The position numbers and the translations under genes were made by a program. Shown here piece after piece: positions 17,301-31,384 of a DNA stretch of 64,000 nucleotides (positions are counted from its first letter, which is position 1; the number at the start of each line of letters is the position of its first letter). Source of the DNA: Rotaria socialis (Eukaryota); contig CAJNYD010000033.1 of NCBI GenBank assembly GCA_905331295.1, forward strand, positions 124,001 through 188,000, written 5' to 3'. The notes beneath the pieces are model-generated. The model ran no database searches. It saw only the letters and a program-made list of their open reading frames with translations, and was not told the DNA's origin.

Positions 17301-17976
17301 TTTAGTATTATTATATTCTAATGAGCCGCTTACACTGAAATCAACAGATTGAATGTCAATGGGAATACTTTCAAATGGTATCTAAAAACAAATATTCTAA
17401 TGAAGGATTTTCTCTACTAAATATTTTTACTACTTACTCTATTGTAAAGTAATAGATTAACAAATATTTCCACTGATGATGTTTCAATCGTACATCCTTC
17501 CTTAAAAAGTTAAAGAAAAAATGATTTTATTTTTATACATAATAAGAAAAGATTCACTAACACCAAGACGTTTTTTTTCATCACGTCGTTTATATCGATG
17601 TTCTGTAGACACAAAATGTTCACGATATGCTTCGAATTTACTGAAGGATACTGAACATAATTTACAAGAAAATGGTTTTATTTGACCATCATCTTTAAGT
17701 ACTTCCGCTTCGTCTTCGTCTTCTTCAGCAGGTTCGATTTCTTCATGATTATTATGATCTTTCTCCTCCTCTTCTTCTTCTTCCTCTTCTTCTTCCATTG
17801 TGAAAGTTCTAAAATTAATTGGACAAAATGCTTTCAGTAAAATACAATCGAAATTTGTTTATTTATTGTCTCTTATACCCTTCATCATCTGGATCTAATA
17901 ATGCTTGATAACCTTGTGGTTGATCTTCATCATAGCTTTCATTATATTCATCATCGTCATCGTCATTTGCAAACAT
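14379..17976 (-). CDS. Zinc-finger (C2H2/matrin-like) protein with acidic N-terminus and RG-repeat, N/Q/P-rich tail; probable RNA-binding protein
   Basis: Spliced model starts MFANDDDDDEY; fingers CKLCSVSFSKFEAYREHFVSTEH and CTFCKKSFESAYTLEKHLGWKGH; RGRGRGRGRGRGG; poly-N/Q/P; ends QQQQNFH*. Confidence 0.75.
16311..17003. mobile_element. Foldback (palindromic) MITE, Tc1/mariner-like termini, inside an intron of the zinc-finger gene
   Basis: CAGGGGTTG...CAACCCCTG termini; ~330-bp inverted arms around a ~35-bp spacer; flanks TA / TG; mirrored ORFs 16506-16742(-) and 16572-16808(+). Confidence 0.8.
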
Positions 17977-18078
17977 TTTTTTTTCTAGAATGTTACAAAG
18001 CTTGTTCAAAACGAACTTGTTCTTGGAAGATCTGATAAAGAAATTTATTTATTTTAACGATAACAAAAAAGATGAAAA

Positions 18079-21000
18079 TTAATCAAGTTCAATAATTGAT
18101 GGCGTTCGCTGTAACGTTTTCTTTGCACCGTTGGCTAAAAGCAAAAGAATGGAATATGTGCCGCAATCAAAGAATATTTCCTGTTAAAATATACTTACCA
18201 CTAACTTTACATACTTCACAATCAATTTCAAATTCAACTAATTTATCAAGCCAGACTATTTGATGATGTGAAAGACGGTCATTATGACTTTTTACTTCAA
18301 CAAACTAAATTAAAAATTAGTAAACATTTGAAGCTAACTTGTTTTAGTATATACTTTGCATTTTTTGGATACCGGGTTCCATACGAATAAATCTGGAAAA
18401 CCTTTCCATACAGCACGATTATGTACAAATGTATAAGTTGATATTAATTGAATTTGTTCGGATGTTAAACATTTCAAAGCACTCTATAATACGTCAATGA
18501 TGATTAGAAAATAAGAATCAATATCATCTATTGTCTTACTAATAATGTTGATTTTGTTGGAAATAATTCCCAATTTACAACGGAACTCATTGTTAGATTG
18601 TACATATCCCAGTTTTTTTCAGCGACATCTTGAATATTCTAAAATTATTTTGAACTAATTATAAAAGAAATTTCTCAAATGTGAACTAAGCTGATATTTT
18701 GTTTGATAATTATGTTGTAACCTATCTGATAGATATCCTTGAAAAATTGGTCTACCTGGTCTATTCTTATCAATTTAAAAACAAATTCTACTCTATTAAT
18801 AACAACAATCTATGGGAATGAATTTTTTTGCAAAGTCTATAGTAATCTCATCTGTACCTACTTATTCGGAGTACACTCCTCAACCAACGAATATTCCAAC
18901 AGGATTTATAGATTAAAACAATATCGTCCTAGGTTTCAATGCAAGTGTTTTATAGGCACTTGAATAGGATTCTAATCTCTAGTAGATGAATGATCTTGTT
19001 CGAGTCGACCATAGTTCTGTTGAAAGTATTGCTGTATACTAGCTTAGATAAATAGTATTAAAATTTCTCTCTGTTCAATTGTAATCAGTTTTTTTTAGAG
19101 AAACTATGTTATCATAGAATTCGAAATGAAATAAATTTTAGTAACCGATACATTGATACTAAACGCAATAATTATGCAGTATGTCGCAGCAAATTCTTGA
19201 CAAACTTCCTTTAACGTATTCGTAGTATACATGCCTCGACACTAATTTCACAGATATCCCACAAAAGAAACTAAGTATCTGGTTGGTTGAATTCATTTTA
19301 TCATAAAAAGATAAATTTGTCTTTCAATCGAATAAAATATATGCTGCAATATTCTGAGTCAATTTTTCTTACTTCTTCAGAATTCAAGTGACTTATTCGT
19401 TCATCAATCTGGCTTTGACGTGACTTATAAAAAGCATCGGTTTGAAAATCAAGAGGTTCTGTTTGAAATATATCAATAAGTAGATCAGGTGTTGGCAACG
19501 TATAAATTAAATCAAGAAATAAAAGGCCAATTAATGTTCGAATTATAGCTCCTTCAGAATGAATACCTAAATTGGAATATAACCAATAAGATTTATATTG
19601 ATATGAAAAAGAAAATTTACCATAAGGATAATCCTCTTGCGTTCGATAATGTTGAATAGCTAATTGTTCAACATTACAAAATTGTATTGAACCATCAACT
19701 GGATCTTGTATTGTATATGTTACTTTACCCATTCGAGCATCATTGGCTATTAGACGTCCAGTAACTTCAATCTAATGTGTCAAAATCAAGATTTTTTTCT
19801 TTTGTTTTATTATTAAATCTAACTTCAGTCGGCATTGGTATATTCCACATTAATTTTTCGTCTTCATTGTTTATCCAATCTGCTACAAGTACTCCTCTGG
19901 ATTTTGGTCGTGAATATAATTTTCTTGCTCGTTCACACAGTGAAAGACGATCACCTAATTTAACATAAGGATCCTTTAATGCATCATATATTGTATTTAA
20001 ACATTGTTGATGACCATTCGTTTTAACATAATTTTCTTGTATAAGTGCTAAACGATTCCATAATTTACCTCGACGATGTCGACTATAGTTTGCTCGATCT
20101 AAACTAATGAATATAAATTAATCTGTTGAAATGAATAACAGGAGTAAATTAAAATCTATCAAAAAGAAATATACTCAGTAAATATTGAATTAATTCGATA
20201 GATTCATCATAACGTCGAGCTCGTTGTAATATTTCAGTTAGCGACGACAGAATACGAGCACGAACATAATCGGGTGAAAAGCGACGAAAATAGCCGGGCA
20301 ATTGTTCACTGCGACAAAACAAAAATGACACTTTTATTATTTCATATTATTTTCAAGTATGTACTTTTCAGTAGATGAGTCAATCATTGCACGAAATTGT
20401 TCATTATATGTTTCATAGAATTTTATTAATTCATCGGTATTTTTCGATTCTTCTAATTGAAAATATTCTGTTTGAAGATCGATAGCTTCTTGGTAACTAA
20501 ATAAAAAATGATGAAAATGAAAATCTTTTGACTTAATTATTTTATCAATGAAAAAATTTCAAGGTGAGCTTTCCTAGCTGCTAATCTCTGAATGTACTAG
20601 TATTTTATTGTTTGTTAAGGACCATTTTGTTCAGGGAAACGTTCTAAACGAGCATGTGCTTTCGCCTGGAGTTTTAGTCATTTGAGTACATTTTCAGTTT
20701 ACTGCATCTCTGTTATCTCGCTAGAGAGCCAATCTTTTTATACTAAAATAATTATCATTTTAGAAAAATTAAGATTCTTCTAAAGATCATAATTCTAGAA
20801 GAGAGTGTTATGGACATATAAACTTTTTAGAAATCTTATCGTTTGAAATGGACATCTATAATTAGTAAAATATTATCATTTGTAGTATAATATGAATTGC
20901 TGTCTCAAGCTTGTGAACAGTTTGAAAACAAATATATAACTGAATAATACCGGATCAGGTTCATCGCCTTGTAAATGATCATTGAGATACAAAAAACTAA

Positions 21001-23168
21001 TTGATTTATTACGTATGCAGAAACAAAGATCCTCTGTATCTCTATCAATGACAGATGAACATGTTCTATTGAATTTCCTATATTATTCCGTCAATTAAAG
21101 GAAAATAAAATCTTAAGAAAAACACTGCGTAGCCCTTTCGTATGTATCTACAAAGATAATATCCTTGAGTTTCACGTCCATATAGTATTATAGTGCTGGT
21201 GTCATTACTGGCGGTATGTTCTAAGTATTTTTGTTATTCTAATATAAAATAGAAAACCGATGAAATTCATATGCTTGTTTTTCGATAGTTCTATCGAATA
21301 AATACATCATGAACCTTTACGATAAAAACATTATTGTTCTAATAATAGAATATATGTGTAACAGATGTTCTCCAATTGTTAATATCAGTTATAGACGATC
21401 AATGATAGTGCTATGTGAAACCTAATTGACTAGTCCAACATTTGAAATAGGCCATGACAAGAAAAAAAAAGATAATCGGCAGACCTGAATTAGTAGACTA
21501 GCCTTATGATAACTAGTTGTACTTTCACAACTTGCGGACAGAAACCTATTCGTTTAAAACTGATTAAACCCTATAAAACGTTGCCTTTGTAATAGTTATT
21601 AGAATAAAATACAAAATATCTATTTCATCAGGATAATCCATGCATCGACTATAATTGGAATAATGAATTCCAAGGCTGTTCAAGACAAGCTTAGAGAAAT
21701 ATCTTTTGTTTTTCTAATATTTCAATAGAAAGGTCAGGCCATGATCTCATCTCTCCTATATATCGTTATTTTACATCTCAGTTAATGATGCCTAGTCTTT
21801 TCTTAGTCTCACATCGCGTGATGACATATAAAAATGTTTTATCATAACATGGGTATTGCTCGCCTTTCATTACTATCAATTTATCGATCATCGATGCTTA
21901 ATGACAATCGTCTAGTCTACGTTTTAAAAAATCATGATAATTTAAAAGCAAAAAAAGTAATTCTTATGAACCATCTTACCACTTCAATTGTTCAGGGGTT
22001 TTAAATGGTAAATATTCATGATTAATTTGATCTGCATTCCATGGTAGTCGAAGTTGTCCACGAGTAATTTGAAATGTTTTATATCTAAATAGTCGTTCGT
22101 TGAAAATTTTCTTTTAAGAAACCAGAAAAAATATTTTTACAATAGTGCAAACGCATTTTGATCAAGATCATCCATAGCTAAAAGTGCAACTGGGTGATAC
22201 GTTAACATCATACGAAAAAACAATCCACGAACATCTTCGGATATTTTATAACAATTATTTATCATTCGTTTTAATCTGAATATGCAAAATAAAGAAGTTT
22301 ATATTATCGAAATTTGTTTTTGAATATACAAAACTCTTTTAATAAAATATGATCACGATTTGTCGTCGTCGTTGAGCCAAACATTGATTTATATTGATTT
22401 GTTAGATTTTTTAAATTTTCTATTGAGGTTTTTTTCGATTTATTTGTTTTTGATTGGCAATGGAAACGTTTCGAAAAATCACGCATTTCATCACTAGTTA
22501 ATAAACGAAGACCAGCATCAAGATTGTCTAATGATGATACTAAAAAAATTTTAAAATATGAATTTACTTTTTTCAATCAATTTTTTATTTCTTACTATCT
22601 TGTAATAAACCTATTTGCACAAGTGGATTTAAACTATCGTTATCATTTGTTACATCAGATATTTCATAATTAATAGTCGATCGTCGAAGCCATTTACAAC
22701 GACGCATTAATAAACGAACAAATATAATTTGTGATGACGCTGAATAAAATATTTATTGAAGAGATAAAAAAAATCGCAGAAAAAGAAGAAAAACTAACCA
22801 GATAATGCTTGAAATTTTTTCAATAATATTAATTCATTTTCATCAAATAAACATTTATGATGTTCAAGTAATGATGAAAGAATTAATAAGAATTTATCCA
22901 AATAAAATTGATTTAACGAGAAGTTAGTTTCGATATTTTCCTTACTTTGAGAACTATCCTCACTGTTTATTGCATGTGAATCTGATTTTGTTCGTTTTAG
23001 TTTCTTGTTATTCTCATATGCATTTGTCGATAATCGTTTATTGGTTTGTCGATTAGATGTTGTTGAATCATTTAAACCACCATCGTCATCATTACTATTA
23101 TTCACTAATTTACTAGTTGTTGCTGATTTTTTAATTGTAAAAAATTTATCCAATCGACTTTGTTGCAT
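18079..23168 (-). CDS. FAN1: Fanconi-associated nuclease 1 (VRR-NUC domain)
   Basis: IFVRLLMRR..WLR, RRGKLWNRLAL, CNVEQLAIQHY..GIHSEG, DIFQTEPLDF, and the VRR-NUC core GFPDLFVWN...FVEVKSHNDRLSHHQIVWLDKL. Spliced stop at 18079. Confidence 0.92.
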
Positions 23169-23709
23169 CTGTAATTATAATGTATTCTTTTTTTCTCTCT
23201 CTGTAAATCCATTAAGTTCTTTTCGTTCTAGCTCTCATCCTGAAAAAACATACATTTTTTTCCAAAGATAAATATATTTATTCATTTAGAGAGCGAAAGA
23301 GAGAGAGAAAAAAAAAGAGAGAAGAAGATTTATAAAATATAAAAGTTTGACGACAAATAAATAAACAGACAACCACCAAGAGTACACAGTTGTACATATT
23401 ATGGGCATATACACGAAACGGAAAAAAAAAGAAGAAAAAAAAAAGAAGTGACTGTATATGGTGTACTACGTCTAGTGAAAATTATGCGAAAAAAGCAAAA
23501 ATTGCACAAAAGAAAGAGGCGGCAGCAGTAGCAGCATGATGATGATGAATGACTAGAAGAAGATAGAGAAGAAGAAAAAAAAATACTGTAATTGAATAAA
23601 ATTAACTCGCAACACAAAAAGAAGAGAAGAAAGATATGTACGCACACAGACAAAAACAACAATCAAATGACTAGAGTTCATAGAAAGTACGAAATTATGC
23701 CTTTAAATG

Positions 23710-26700
23710 TTACATATCCGTTTGATCTAGAATTATTTTAGTAGAACGATGTGTTGATGGTGATTTCTGTTGAGCATTTATCGTAGAGTTTGCTGTTATC
23801 GCAGGTGCTGTTGTCGGTGTCATCATTGAGAATTGACTTGATGTTGCTGTTGGTAGTGGTGCGGCCGATGACGAAGAATGTAAAGATTGAAATGGTGATT
23901 GTGTTGGATTTCTTTTCGTTTCAATATGTGGTATTGGCATGTGGTCAGTTTTAACAACAGTAATTGTTGATGATACAGTATCATTTGTGGATGATTGATG
24001 AGATAATATCGGTGTCATCGGTAATGTTTGTTTTAAATTAACGGGTAAATCATCACGTAATGCACGTCGACCATCGTTAGCATCATCTTTGGGCATTTCG
24101 CCACGTTCTAAACAGCGCCAATCAGCATTTTGATATGAAAAATCTTTAAATTCATCTTGATTGATAGCTTTAACGATAACGGCTTCAATTGGTGTGAATG
24201 CTACGGGCATATTCGTAAAATCTTTATCGAAATTACTTGTATCTCGTGGATTAACCTATTCAATAGAGAATTGATAAACAAACTAGAAATTTGTAGTGTA
24301 AGCATAAATATATTCTACACACCACTTTTGGTTTAAAGGGAGATTTAACTTGTCGACGTTCCAATGCTTCCCAATCAAGTTTACCAGCAAAAAATGCATG
24401 ACGTTTTATGGCTTCTTCACCACCTTGTGCGGCTACACAACCGAGACGTTTTGCAGGATTTTTTGTCATGAACTAAATTAAGAAACGGAACTGTAATCAA
24501 TAACAATCATTTATTTTTTATCAAATCTTACTGATTTAAGAATATGTACGGCTTCTTTTGATAGCCAAACAGGATATAGAACTTCATCACGTAGGATAGA
24601 TTCGAATAAACTATCTTCATCATCGGCTTCAAATGGTGGTTGTCCAGCCATCATTTCATACATTAATACACCTAATGCCCACCAATCAACAGAGAATGAA
24701 TAATCAAGTTCTTGAAGTATCTCGGGTGCAATGTAATCTAATAAAAGAAATCATGAAAATAAATAATTCGATTATACAACGTTGTTTCATACCAGGTGTA
24801 CCACAAAACGTGGATGTCAATTTTCCATCAAATATACCTTCTTTACACATGCCAAAACTAGAATAAAAATATCAAGTTTCAATCCAATCAACCTTTATAA
24901 TCAAAATAAAGAGAAATGATTTATGTTAGCGTTTTTTTTTTACATCTAATTGTAATTCTAAAAAATAAATTAAAAATAAACGTACTTCTGAAGCAAATCC
25001 TTCACCTAATTAATCACTACTAAGTCAATAGCGTACATTAAAAAGGGCTAGAAGAAAGTATGAATATCTTGGCAAATTCAGATCGTTGAAAATATGTCAC
25101 ATTTTTATAATACTCTTCAAATTAAAGTTGTGTTTCATCGCAACAACAATTTCTTTTGAAATTTGAACTTGACATCAAATAGAGAGATCGATTTATAGTA
25201 AGAGTTTGCTTTCTACTAATATATTTATCTCTTCCTTTTAGAAGAGAACATCGTTTTTTTATTCTGAAAACACTCTTAATAATGCAGTATTTTGATACTA
25301 TCGAGTGACAGTTCCAAATTCTTTTGTGAAAGAGTATCTCATGGGAGTATTGAGAGGAATAGTAGAAAGTGAGACCACACGTCCTCCATTTAGACACTAC
25401 TATTGACACTAGTTAGACATCATCACACCAGAAATTCATCAGCGCACTGATGTTATGAACTTGTGATAGAATAGTCTATCGACTGATGTGGTACTGTACT
25501 TTCATATATGTCAAACTTGAAACTTGAAAATTTCAATTTTCAACTTTTAAGCCAGTAGCATTTTGAAGAATCGTGACTCACACATATATCGCTATGAGTT
25601 GAAAATTTCTATTTTCTATTTTCAACTGAATTCAAGTTTCGAGTTTGACACTACTGTGTACTTTCAGCTCAGATCAATAGTGTTACTAAGAACGAAAAAT
25701 CCAGACCATATATCTGGAACGTCTCTTTATAATATAATAACTATTTCTTTATTCCATTGGCGAAGGATTGAGTGAAAGAATGGCGTTCTGAAATGAACAA
25801 AACAAACCAATCTCTTCGTGATTAGCAACGTCAAAGAGATCGTCTTTCATATTTTAATCCAGTGAGTATTGCGCTAACAGCTTTTTAGGGTATTCACAGA
25901 CTACTACTACTAACACGATGCCAATAATGCTGACTCAGAAGTGATGGATGAATCACTCGAAAGACTTTTTCTTTCATGCGAGGCCTAACAATTCACTGTA
26001 AAAATCGATATTCTACATCCTTTCTCATGAACATGGAAAACATATTAGGAATCGTGTATTTTATTTTTTGTTGCTGTTGTTTAGTATCCAATATCAAATT
26101 CATTCCCTCAACCATAAAATCACATTAATTTAATATCAAAAATTTTAGCAAAATATAGCAGCTTTAATATTCTTACACTATACTTATGAAAACTAATTGA
26201 ATATCTGTATAAAACAAAATACAAAACTATCAAAAAAGAAGAAGAACAACAACAACAACAATAAATAAGATTTTAACATACTCGGCAATTTTACAGTGAC
26301 CTTCAGCATCAAGTAAAATATTATCAAGTTTGAGATCACTAAAGAAAACAAAATAAAAATAATTATTTTGAAAGAAATATTTTTTTAAATTTATACCGAT
26401 AGATAACACCATGTCGATGTAAAAACATTAATGCTAATGTAACTTCTGATGCATAAAAACGTGCACGTGCTTCATCGAATTTTCTAGAACGTTGAATTTG
26501 AAACATCAAATCTCCACCATTGACATATTCCATAATTAAAAATAGACGCTCCTGAAAAAATTTCAATTCGTTCATTAACAAAATAAAAATAAAATAAAAA
26601 CATACCTTTGTTTGAAAACTACAATATAGTCCAGTTAAAAATGGATGTCGTGTTGATAAAGCTAATATTCGTCGTTCAGTCATTGTACATTCAACATCAT

Positions 26701-29700
26701 CATTTTGTATGATGGCATCTTTATTAAGCACTTTTATGGCAAATATTTCACCAGTTGCTTTATGTTCACCTAACAATACCTAAATAAAAAATATGATCAT
26801 AGTTTTGTATTGCTTTTAAATTGAAATTGAAATTACTTTGCCAAATGATCCTTTGCCAAGTACTTTCATGAAATGAAAATCATCAATAGTATAATGATGC
26901 TGTCGTTTTGCTGAACTATCATCCGATAATGCTGATGGAGGAGGTGTTGGAGTTTTTGCTGTTTTTGAAGTTACTTCAGAGGTTGATGGTGCTGAAAGGA
27001 TAAGAAAAAACACAGCAATATTATTTTTGTGAACGTTATACAACAATTTAAAAGCGTGCATTGACTAATACACTCAAACTAATCTTTATCCTAATCTGTA
27101 GTTCCATCATTCGTCACTCGAATGAGAATTTTTTACACTTTGAAGAAAATTTGTCTTATACTGATTCATACGTGAAAAATGAGTTCCTGAAAAATCCGTG
27201 CGCTTGAAAATAGCAGCAAAGTAGGAATGATTTATTTTCCTCAATAAATGAGTTATAGGATGGTGTTACAAGCTGCAACGGCGATTAAATCTACTACTAA
27301 TATCGATACCAGTAGAAAAACTAACCCGACATGAGACTGTTGAAAAACGCAGAATGGTAAATACAGCTATTCTGGAAAAATTGAATCTTTCGTGTTTTCA
27401 GCGTCAAAAACTCGATTATAACAGTCGTTTGTATTACTCGATATGTTATAATAAATCGTGTCTAAGTTTGTTGTGATATTTCTAGATCAAAAATCTTCAA
27501 AAGGTGAGGATTTTTCCTATTGACTGAAATGACTTTTCATTGCACTATTCAATAAAGGCATTTACGCTGATTCTCAATAAGATATTCATTTTCTTTTGGA
27601 ACTTGCTTCACAATATTTACAATAAATTTCGATCAACTGTGAAAAGAAAAAAACAGTTTAGCTCGACTTTCGCTTTGAATATTTAAGAAAATTCTAATAA
27701 AATATTCTTACTGTCGACTTCACTTGGTGGACTTATCTAAATAAGAAAAACAAACATGAGATTTTTGTTAAATATTAATACTTTCTTACTGTTACCATTT
27801 TTAGTGGTTCCGTACTAATATTGAGATCAGCAAGAACAGTAGCAAGTTTTTTCTTATCCAATCCACAGTCATTTGCAACATTACGTGTACAACGTTTGTG
27901 CACGTTTAATTTACATTCTATTTAGAAGAAAATAGAAAGAATATTTTAAGCGATTAAATTAATCATCATTCAATTAAAACGAAATATAAAAGCACTTTTT
28001 TTGAAGTTATCTGATTTGTTTAAAGGTAATAATATTTCAACGTTTGACCGTTATGGTCCAGCATGTATTCAAGAGAAATAGCTTACTCTACTCTGCAAGA
28101 CTGTATTGATCAAACTAAATGCTTTCGTTTTTCTTGTGTAGTCAAAAGAAAATGCCCATAATGTTATACAGTGATTATTATTTAACAATCAATATACAAA
28201 GCAGCCAAAACAAAATATCATGGAACACCTTTCTTTTTTTCGTTAATTATTTTCGATTCGTTTTCATGTCAATAGAATTATTGAAACCATTGGATGCAAT
28301 CATTTATTTGCGAAGCTAACATCAAGGTAGCTTTCAAGATTAATCATTTCATGTTTGGTTACTATGCAACCTATCAGCATTTATTCAAGTAGTTTTTTTA
28401 AATTTTAACAGTCAAACTCAATATGGTAATAGTCATGGAAGCGTGAGTCAACTTATTACATTCTCTTTGTTGTATGCCGTTTGCCAGATGGTGGCTTTTC
28501 TTTCTTTTCGAACAGATGTTCTCGTTAATTTTTCTGGTTCTCCATCATTTATCTATATGCATTTCTATTTCTCTTTATATGAAATTTTTATCAGTCATTT
28601 ACTCGGTCAGAAAGAAAAAGAAAAACATCAATTACTTTTCAAAAGAAAAAATAATCTCCTATATATTTACCTCGACATTGCATTCCTTGATTCCATGCTC
28701 CCCATAAAAGTGATCCGCAATGATCACAAAAAGTAAACAATCGATATGTATGTGCAACAAATCGATGTGGAACATTAATTTTAAATCTTTTCTCACGATA
28801 CTAAATAGAGGCAAACAAAAAGAAAAAAAGTTTATTTTTTCTAAAACAGTAAATGCTTTTGTTCATACTTCGAAACAGGTGCGAATTCCTGGACACGTTG
28901 TAACAACGGATGCCTTACAACGTTTATGTATCACACATGTACACACTGAAAAAGAATAAAGATAGATTTTAATATTTCTATATGACATTGAATAAACACG
29001 ACAAACAAAAGCATAACAAAATTAAGGGGATCAATAGAAATGTTTGGGAAGCAACATGAACACATTATCCTACCTTGACATTGATAACCTTGTGTACGAA
29101 ATATACCCCTGGAAAAATTAGAGTCTCCTTCGTAATTTCTCAGCTCGAACAAAAAAGAAAAGTCTATAAAACGAATTAACATACCAAATGAATTCTGAAC
29201 AAATTGAGCAAAATGTTGGTTGTCGAAAAAAAGTTGCCATAAATTTATGTCCATTGATTTCATAAACACGACGAACAACAGCAAAACGACGTTGAGCAAA
29301 CGCTCGTTTGTTTTGTTTAAAATGTCGTTCATTACTAACGGCTAAACAAAAAATCGAACATTCGTATATTTTTCGAGAACGCATTTTTTTTCTTCGTCTA
29401 ACTTACAATCACTGAATTGCCCTTGTAGATCAATAGATACATGAATTCGTCCAGCTGGTTCAAGATTAATCCAAATGTCACTCTTTTTATCATGAATATT
29501 TTCAAATTTTATTGTACAATCAGCAACGAATTCATCTGGTGGTAGCGCAGCATCATGAAATATTGTAAAATGTAATTGATGACCAGTATGAACATCACTT
29601 GCAAATTCTTCATTATAGGTTGGCGATGTTGTTTTCTCTTTTGTATGCGTACGTCCTAATGGTAAATCATCAATATCAATTGATACATATGGACTAACAG

Positions 29701-29806
29701 AAGCTAATGAAGGATTTTGTGGAAAATAACGTGTTGAATGTTCTGTTGCACGTATATTATCGGCTTCAATAACTTTTAAACGCATTTTTCCATTGAAAAC
29801 AACCAT
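23710..29806 (-). CDS. Novel protein kinase C (epsilon/eta type): C2-C1A-C1B-kinase
   Basis: [15 protein letters not shown] (novel C2), [17 protein letters not shown] (C1A), FCDHCGS (C1B), [33 protein letters not shown], hydrophobic motif FKDFSY. Confidence 0.95.
25509..25650. repeat. Small hairpin / MITE-like inverted repeat in a PKC intron
   Basis: TGTCAAACTTGAAACTTGAA (25509) pairs with TTCAAGTTTCGAGTTTGACA (ends 25650) with one mismatch; internal TTTTCAAC/GTTGAAAA motifs. Confidence 0.5.
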
Positions 29807-31384
29807 TTTTTCACGTATATCGTTATTGCTTTCCTATGATTATACTTGCAAGATGAATAAGAACATGACTATCTGTTATTGCTGCTGCTACTGCTGCTGT
29901 TGACAATATACAGAAAAGAAAATAAACAATAATAATAGAAGCAATGAGAAGTAGAGCAGCCATTTTGCTTTAGTTTATAGAAATATGTTTAGATCCTTCT
30001 TAATTGTTATTTTATTAAATTATATTTTGATTTATTATTGAAAAACAACTCGAAAGATTAAGCTTATCAATTGAAATAATGCATATTTTTCAATTTTGTA
30101 AGAGATGTCACTGGTTGACGAATTCAAAATGTAGCATAGCGTTTTGAATATAGACGATAGTCAATTTTATTTTGTTTTAGTATAAAATATCCTTTGTTTT
30201 TTCAAAATATAACATTGATCTCATCTCATCACATGATGAAAAATTAAATTAATTTCTACGAAAAGTTTTTGAATGGCAATCTACATTGTTGATAAATAAA
30301 ACAACAGAAAAATCTTATGGAAAAGTTTATTTAATAGTTAATGTAACATATAGAATTGCTTTGTGTCAATTTCTAAGAACATAATGCCCTTTTTGCATAA
30401 ATATGTTTTTGTTCTTTTTCCATATACATTATATATGTTTATGTTACTTAATCCTACTCATTTAATATTGATGAATTTTCCTATTTTTTTTTCTTTTTTT
30501 CGTTCTATATAAAATAAGATATAAAAAAATATTTTCTTGAAAGAGAAAGTTAGATTTGAGCTTTTCAACTTTTGTTATTACTGCTCTTGTGGTTTTTTTT
30601 TTGCACATAAATTGATAATATATATATTTCGTAAAATTTCTCATGTATTAATATAAAATTTATATAATTTGACAGAAGTTAGTTACTCTTTAATGTTGAA
30701 GAATGGCAGCAAATGCAATTATTGCTGACATAATGATTGATATTCTTCGGGTAGGTTTTATCGGTGTATGATTGGAAGACAAATCGAGCGAAGCACTCAT
30801 ACATATACGAGTCAATAACATTTGTTATACTTCTATTAGTCTCATAACGCATAATACACAATGGTTTTCTGCTAATACGAAGAATTCCCAAATGTTCCAT
30901 GTTACTTATTTTTATTTTATCTGTCCTTATTCTATCTGTAATCTCGAAAATCAATTTGATATATATATACATTATTTTGTAATTTATTTTATTTTTAATA
31001 TAATTCCAATTCTATTTATTTGCAAATAATGATCGATAAAACAACTGTCAATATAATAATTTTGATTATATTTAATGTCGGTCAATAATAGAATTATTTT
31101 GTGTCTGATACAAACGATAAGATTAACACATAGCTCGGCTGTAACAGTTATTTTTGTTTTGCTCTTCTTATTTCTTTAAGTAGTTCGTCATCGAAGAAGA
31201 ACGGAAAACTGTGAATTGACAATAATCAATAGAGTAAATGACAAAAAAAAAATAACAAGCAAACTATAGATAGCGTTCTTTTTATTTCCGTTTTGATGAA
31301 TATTATAAAATCCAGCTCATCGACGTCCAGGAACAAAAGAAAACTTATATGATCATCAATTGTATTTTGTTTACAAGTTGTTAA

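Noticed and set aside
26230..26412. PKC apparently lacking DFG (ORF track shows KIAEY)
   Set aside because: An intron splits the Asp codon (GA|T); the spliced sequence is KIADFGM.
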